Positions 39,905 to 43,838 of a DNA stretch of 43,838 bases are shown piece after piece. Location of the stretch: the NCBI GenBank assembly GCA_023334545.1, contig JAADVB010000161.1, positions 1 through 43,838 on the forward strand. Direction: 5' to 3'. Under the pieces are notes generated by a model. It did not search any database, was not told where the DNA came from, and was given only the letters and a program-made list of their open reading frames with translations. Source of the DNA: Salisapilia sapeloensis CBS 127946 (taxonomy: Eukaryota; Protista; Oomycota). How positions within the stretch are numbered: the first letter of the stretch is position 1; each line of letters opens with the position of its first letter. The position numbers and the translations under genes were made by a program.

Positions 39905-39979
39905 CCCCATGTCGAGAGAATAATAAAGCTGCTACGATGTTCAAACACTATCTATTGCTGTTTTACTTCTTCATGTCCG

Positions 39980-41864
39980 TCAGTGTGAGAGACGACGGTG
40001 TGGCGTGATGGAGCTGGATCGAGGCGAGTGGAAGGTATTTGATCTCTGTAGCGGCGGCGTGACAGCTTTCGGTATTGAAGCCACGCACCCTCTTGGTGTA
40101 GACTCGGACTACCACGTAAAGTTTAGAGCTAGTAGAGCTAACAAAGTAGTGTCTGATGGAGAAGCTTACAATGGTGGTGATGTAGTTGACCGCACTCTTC
40201 TCAGCATCATCAAATGTCTCGAGCGACTCTAAGTCCATCGCAGTCAACGCCTGGTCAGATGCATCCTCCCAATCGGCTGTCCAAAGACACCTGGCGTACA
40301 CAAGCGTCTTGGTCAGTTCCATCATCAAGATGCCAATCCAAAGAGCTGGGAACCCATAGCCAAGCAAGACACCTACATGAAGACAAAATGTCAAGCACAA
40401 CGGGAACAAAGAAACAAAGTAGATAGTAGTACCTCCGATATAGGCGATAGGAAGGTTGACAAGCCACGTTGCAATGGCGCTGGTCCAGAAGATCGTCCTT
40501 ACTTTACTACTCGAATACTTTCGTTATACCCATCCTACCGTTTCCCTGTAGATAGAGTGGATGGCTTACCTCATGCCGATGAGGACACCGCCCATAAGCA
40601 CTTCAATCGATTCCAACATGAAAGCAAGTGCAAAGATTGAGAGCACCGATTCGCATTCCTTTAACAGCTCCTCATCTTTAGTGAATAGAGCAATGACGTC
40701 GTGTCCGAAGCATGCGGTCAGCACGCCTAGCAGACTAACAACGGTAAGGGTACAGACAAAACCTAGCTTGGTCACTCGCTTTGCCATCGAAGGAGTGCCA
40801 GCTCCAAGGTAGTTGGCAACACGGATCTGAGTTGCACAGCCGTAGCCCCAAAAGAGAGCCCATAGCAGTCCCCAAAGACAGGAGATAACTGCATTCGCCG
40901 CGATGACTCGTGCACCGAGTTTGGCAGCTACGAGCGATATCAAAGCGTTGGCCAAATTAGACACGAAGCTGTTTCCTGCTATCGGCCCAGCAAGGTTTGC
41001 AAACGTCTGCAGTCGACTCCACGTCAGCACACGTAGATCCCATCCTGTCCAGGCCCTGTGGTGAAGCTTTTTATAGAGGAAAGCGTAGATGAAGAGCGTG
41101 GTAAGTTGGAAGCACGAGGCAAAGACAGTCGCTAGTGGCGCACCAAGAAACCCAATGCCGTTCCATGTCCCAATGCCATATATGCAAATGTAGTTGGAGG
41201 CGATTGCGACGCCAATAGAGCACAGACCTACGACGGTAGTGGGTAGTAGCACTCCAAGTGTCTGCAGGTATTGTCTGTGCCGGGCGCGTCAGTACTCTTA
41301 GAAGACATAGATAGCAATATACGCATGTTATACCTTATGCAGGTGAATAGTAGAGATGGCAGGATCGCTATCGAGAGCACACGTGCAAAGCCCACTGCAA
41401 AGTCGACGACGACGACGTTGTCGGTGGACAGTGGCAGCAGAATGCCAAGGCACCAATACCACGCTGCCACAGGGAATGAAAGCACGGTCGCCATCAAAAG
41501 ACCAAGCTGGAACCACATCCCAGTGAGCCGTCTGTTCCTCGCACCCCAGGCTTGCCCGCAAAGCTGTATCCAGAACGATTGAGCCACTCCGCAGACAAAG
41601 AGGAGAGATAGAAAATACCGTCGTCAATGCCGAGATCGAAGCCCAGACAGCCATGAGCACCGGCGTTGTCCATAGCAATGCTAGAGAAGACCCAGCAAGC
41701 TCGTCAACGCCCAGATGACCAAGAAACACTGCGTCAATGGACGAGAGCGCGACGCGCGTGACCGTTGCGATGCTCACCTGCGCTGCCATGGACGACAGGT
41801 CGGCAAACTCGTGCCATGCTGACACCTTGGTCGTCTCGTGTGTCAAGAGCGGCGAGGACTCCAT
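39980..41864 (-). CDS. MATE family efflux transporter, ~528 aa
   Basis: Exons 41864-41619, 41563-41334, 41274-40570, 40506-40433, 40372-40170, 40108-39980. FLGHLGVDELAGSSLA, LCGQAWGA, GIGFLGAPLAT, IRVANYLGAG and LWIGI. If the last intron is not spliced, the stop is at 39963. Confidence 0.9.
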
Positions 41865-42028
41865 AATTGGCTTCGGCGGTTTCCTCGTGCCCTTCCGCCA
41901 AGTCCATCTTGGCTGTAGGATAGCTATAGGATGACTGTAGGAAGGTGGCACTCCTATCTATTAGATATATTCGGACAGTTGACATTTTACCTCGAGACAT
42001 ACTGTCCACATTTGTATTTGCTATCTGA

Positions 42029-42760
42029 ATGCTGATGAGCATGCTACGAGTGCTCTTCCCAGCGCTCCTTTTACTGGTCTGTAGGAGCACCAGTGCGCTT
42101 CATGTGACGATCAATGGTGGTGCAGAAGAGTGCTTTAATGTAGACGCCCAAGAGTACAAACACGGCGTGTCTCTCAACTACGAGGTGCTCAAAGGGATCG
42201 CGGACGGCGTCGAGGTGAAGCTCACGGACGGACAGGATCAGGTCATCTACAGGAATCAAGCCTCCTCTGGTCGGTTCGTTGCACCTATTGGGGAGGGAGG
42301 AACGCATACTGCGTGCTTCCGGAACGTCGTAACGTCCGTCGGCAAAGTGATCGTCGGCTTCTCCTTCCACGCCGACGATCCGAGCCACGACGTCGTCTCG
42401 AATGCAGACGCAGCTCGCATCCGTACGTTCTGACGTGCTTATACTGCTATATGAAAGTCTTATACGTGCATTAGAACAACTGCAGGAGCTAGAGGACCTC
42501 GTGTACGACTTGACCGTGGATCTAGATACGGTTAAGGACTCGCAGGCGTACATGCGATCCATCACCCGGTACCACGACGAAGGTGCATGACACAACAGAC
42601 ATTGCTACGTCCTAAGAAACTAAATTAAATTCTAGTGATCCAAAGCACCCACAGGCGAGTCCTCTGGTGGGCCGGACTGGAGGCTGCACTCCTGGCTGCC
42701 GTCGCTTTCGGTCAAATCGCGTACTTGAGGCGGACGCTCGAAGTGCGTCGGATCCTGTAG
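42029..42760 (+). CDS. p24/EMP24/TMED cargo receptor (GOLD domain), ~208 aa
   Basis: Exons 42029-42422, 42475-42582, 42636-42760. Signal peptide, EECF...TACFRN GOLD cysteines, coiled coil, STHRRVLWW, TM helix and tail YLRRTLEVRRIL. Confidence 0.92.
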
Positions 42761-42781
42761 ACCATGACGTCGTCGTCTTTC

Positions 42782-43283
42782 TTAGCATAGCATGGTCCTG
42801 AGCTCGGTGTCGTCTACCGTCAAGAGCTCATGGGCGTTGGTCGCATCCGCCAGTAAGTAGGCCAGCATGTGCTTGCACTGTTCAGCATAAGCCACCGAAT
42901 ACACGTTACGTTTCAAAAGTATCAAGTACCATGGCGACAGCACTCGCGTTCGCAATGTCGACGAACCCATCGCAGGAGCAAAAGTGGTCCAAGCAGTTCA
43001 CAAAGCCAGGTTCTCGATCATGATCACCTGTGTCGATTTCGTCCGGCCGGTGGAACCTGCCATACGTGTGGACGCGGCCGAAGCGTCGACCGGAAGGCTT
43101 GGACTCGATCACAACCACCTTCTTCTTCTCTACGAGGGAACTTGCTGCGTGTAGCAGGGCTATGTCTTCTCTGCATAGACTGGCTAGCATCTCGCCATGC
43201 TCGACTGTGAATTCTCTGTCGCTGGATGCTTTTACCTGCGCCAGCACCTGCCGAAGTACACTCGTACCTGCCTCTGTGGTCAT
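42782..43283 (-). CDS. ZSWIM7: SWIM zinc-finger protein ZSWIM7/SWS1 (Shu complex), ~149 aa
   Basis: Exons 43283-42930 and 42877-42782. Splicing restores the CxC...CxH SWIM motif HFCSCDGF...AMCKHMLA; ESKPSGRRF precedes it. Confidence 0.85.
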
Positions 43284-43838
43284 TTTGGCGCCTTTTAGGA
43301 TATGTGGACATTGCAATACAAATTCATAGACAAATGGGATAGTTTTTAATTTGTATTGAGATCGAAGAGGTATGCTTAACATGACAAGAGTGGACAACGA
43401 AGTGGAAGTTTCGTGGTACTCGCACGCTTTAAAAGATACTAGATGGAAGATGTAGATGCACTCTAGTTAAGTCGTGATCGACTTGGTCGGAACCTGTCGA
43501 ATCCCGACTAACGAGATGGCGAGTGACCAAGCACTGTCTTCGTCGATGTTTAGTGAAAGATACATGCAAAGGACAGGAAAATGAAGTATTTGCAAGAAAC
43601 TTATCGTGTTTTACAGCGGCTCTGTCCAGCAATGAAGTTGTCTTTAAAACTTGACTGCAAGAGACCACACTACGTCGGTATCTTCCAGACACAATCCAGC
43701 TCGACGTAGTCTATTTCAATCACTTGTGTTCACCAAATTTTGATGGGGTAGAACCCGACCATGGACACTTTCCAACTAGGCAAGAGATTGGTCGCATCAG
43801 AAACGCCTGCATATTTCAAGTAGTTTATAACGAATCCA

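Noticed and set aside
604-43283. Alternative genetic code or non-canonical (GC-AG, AT-AC) introns
   Set aside because: TAA, TAG and TGA all terminate conserved genes, and all 37 introns resolve as GT-AG.
43600-43838. Minus-strand TQVIEIDYVEL...KIPT vaguely like copia reverse transcriptase
   Set aside because: The similarity is too weak, and there are no flanking RT motifs or LTRs.

Overview
Very compact eukaryotic nuclear DNA in the standard genetic code. It holds about 27 protein-coding genes and one tRNA-Val(UAC). I resolved 37 short GT-AG introns (49-64 nt) by hand, and every spliced model closes in frame. An oomycete-like, flagellated stramenopile is my inference from gene content (RAB28, CCDC33-like, SMS/IPC synthase family) and intron size; it is not confirmed. 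Genes in order: TruB (runs off the left edge, missed by the ORF track), tRNA-Val, kinesin-14, ZCCHC10, PSMB4, calnexin, choline dehydrogenase, CLC channel, Zn-ribbon+PDZ protein, TIMELESS, RGS-RGS-DENN protein, SDHAF3, TDRD3/RMI1-N protein, an orphan, EED, TAF1A-like, a 4-TM protein, CHAF1B, SMS/IPCS, membrane-anchored RimL-type GNAT, COX19, CCDC33-like, a 7-TM protein, UPF3, RAB28, MATE, p24 and ZSWIM7. No prokaryotic defence system, CRISPR-Cas or intact transposon is evident. Best leads: (1) three copies of an 18-bp repeat with variable spacers in the divergent promoter upstream of UPF3; (2) a four-gene same-strand run with 43-126 bp spacers, plus convergent stops as close as 7 bp; (3) introns that look length-defined, with degenerate splice signals; (4) an RGS-RGS-DENN fusion; (5) an unexplained 3.1-kb gap that may be decayed coding sequence.
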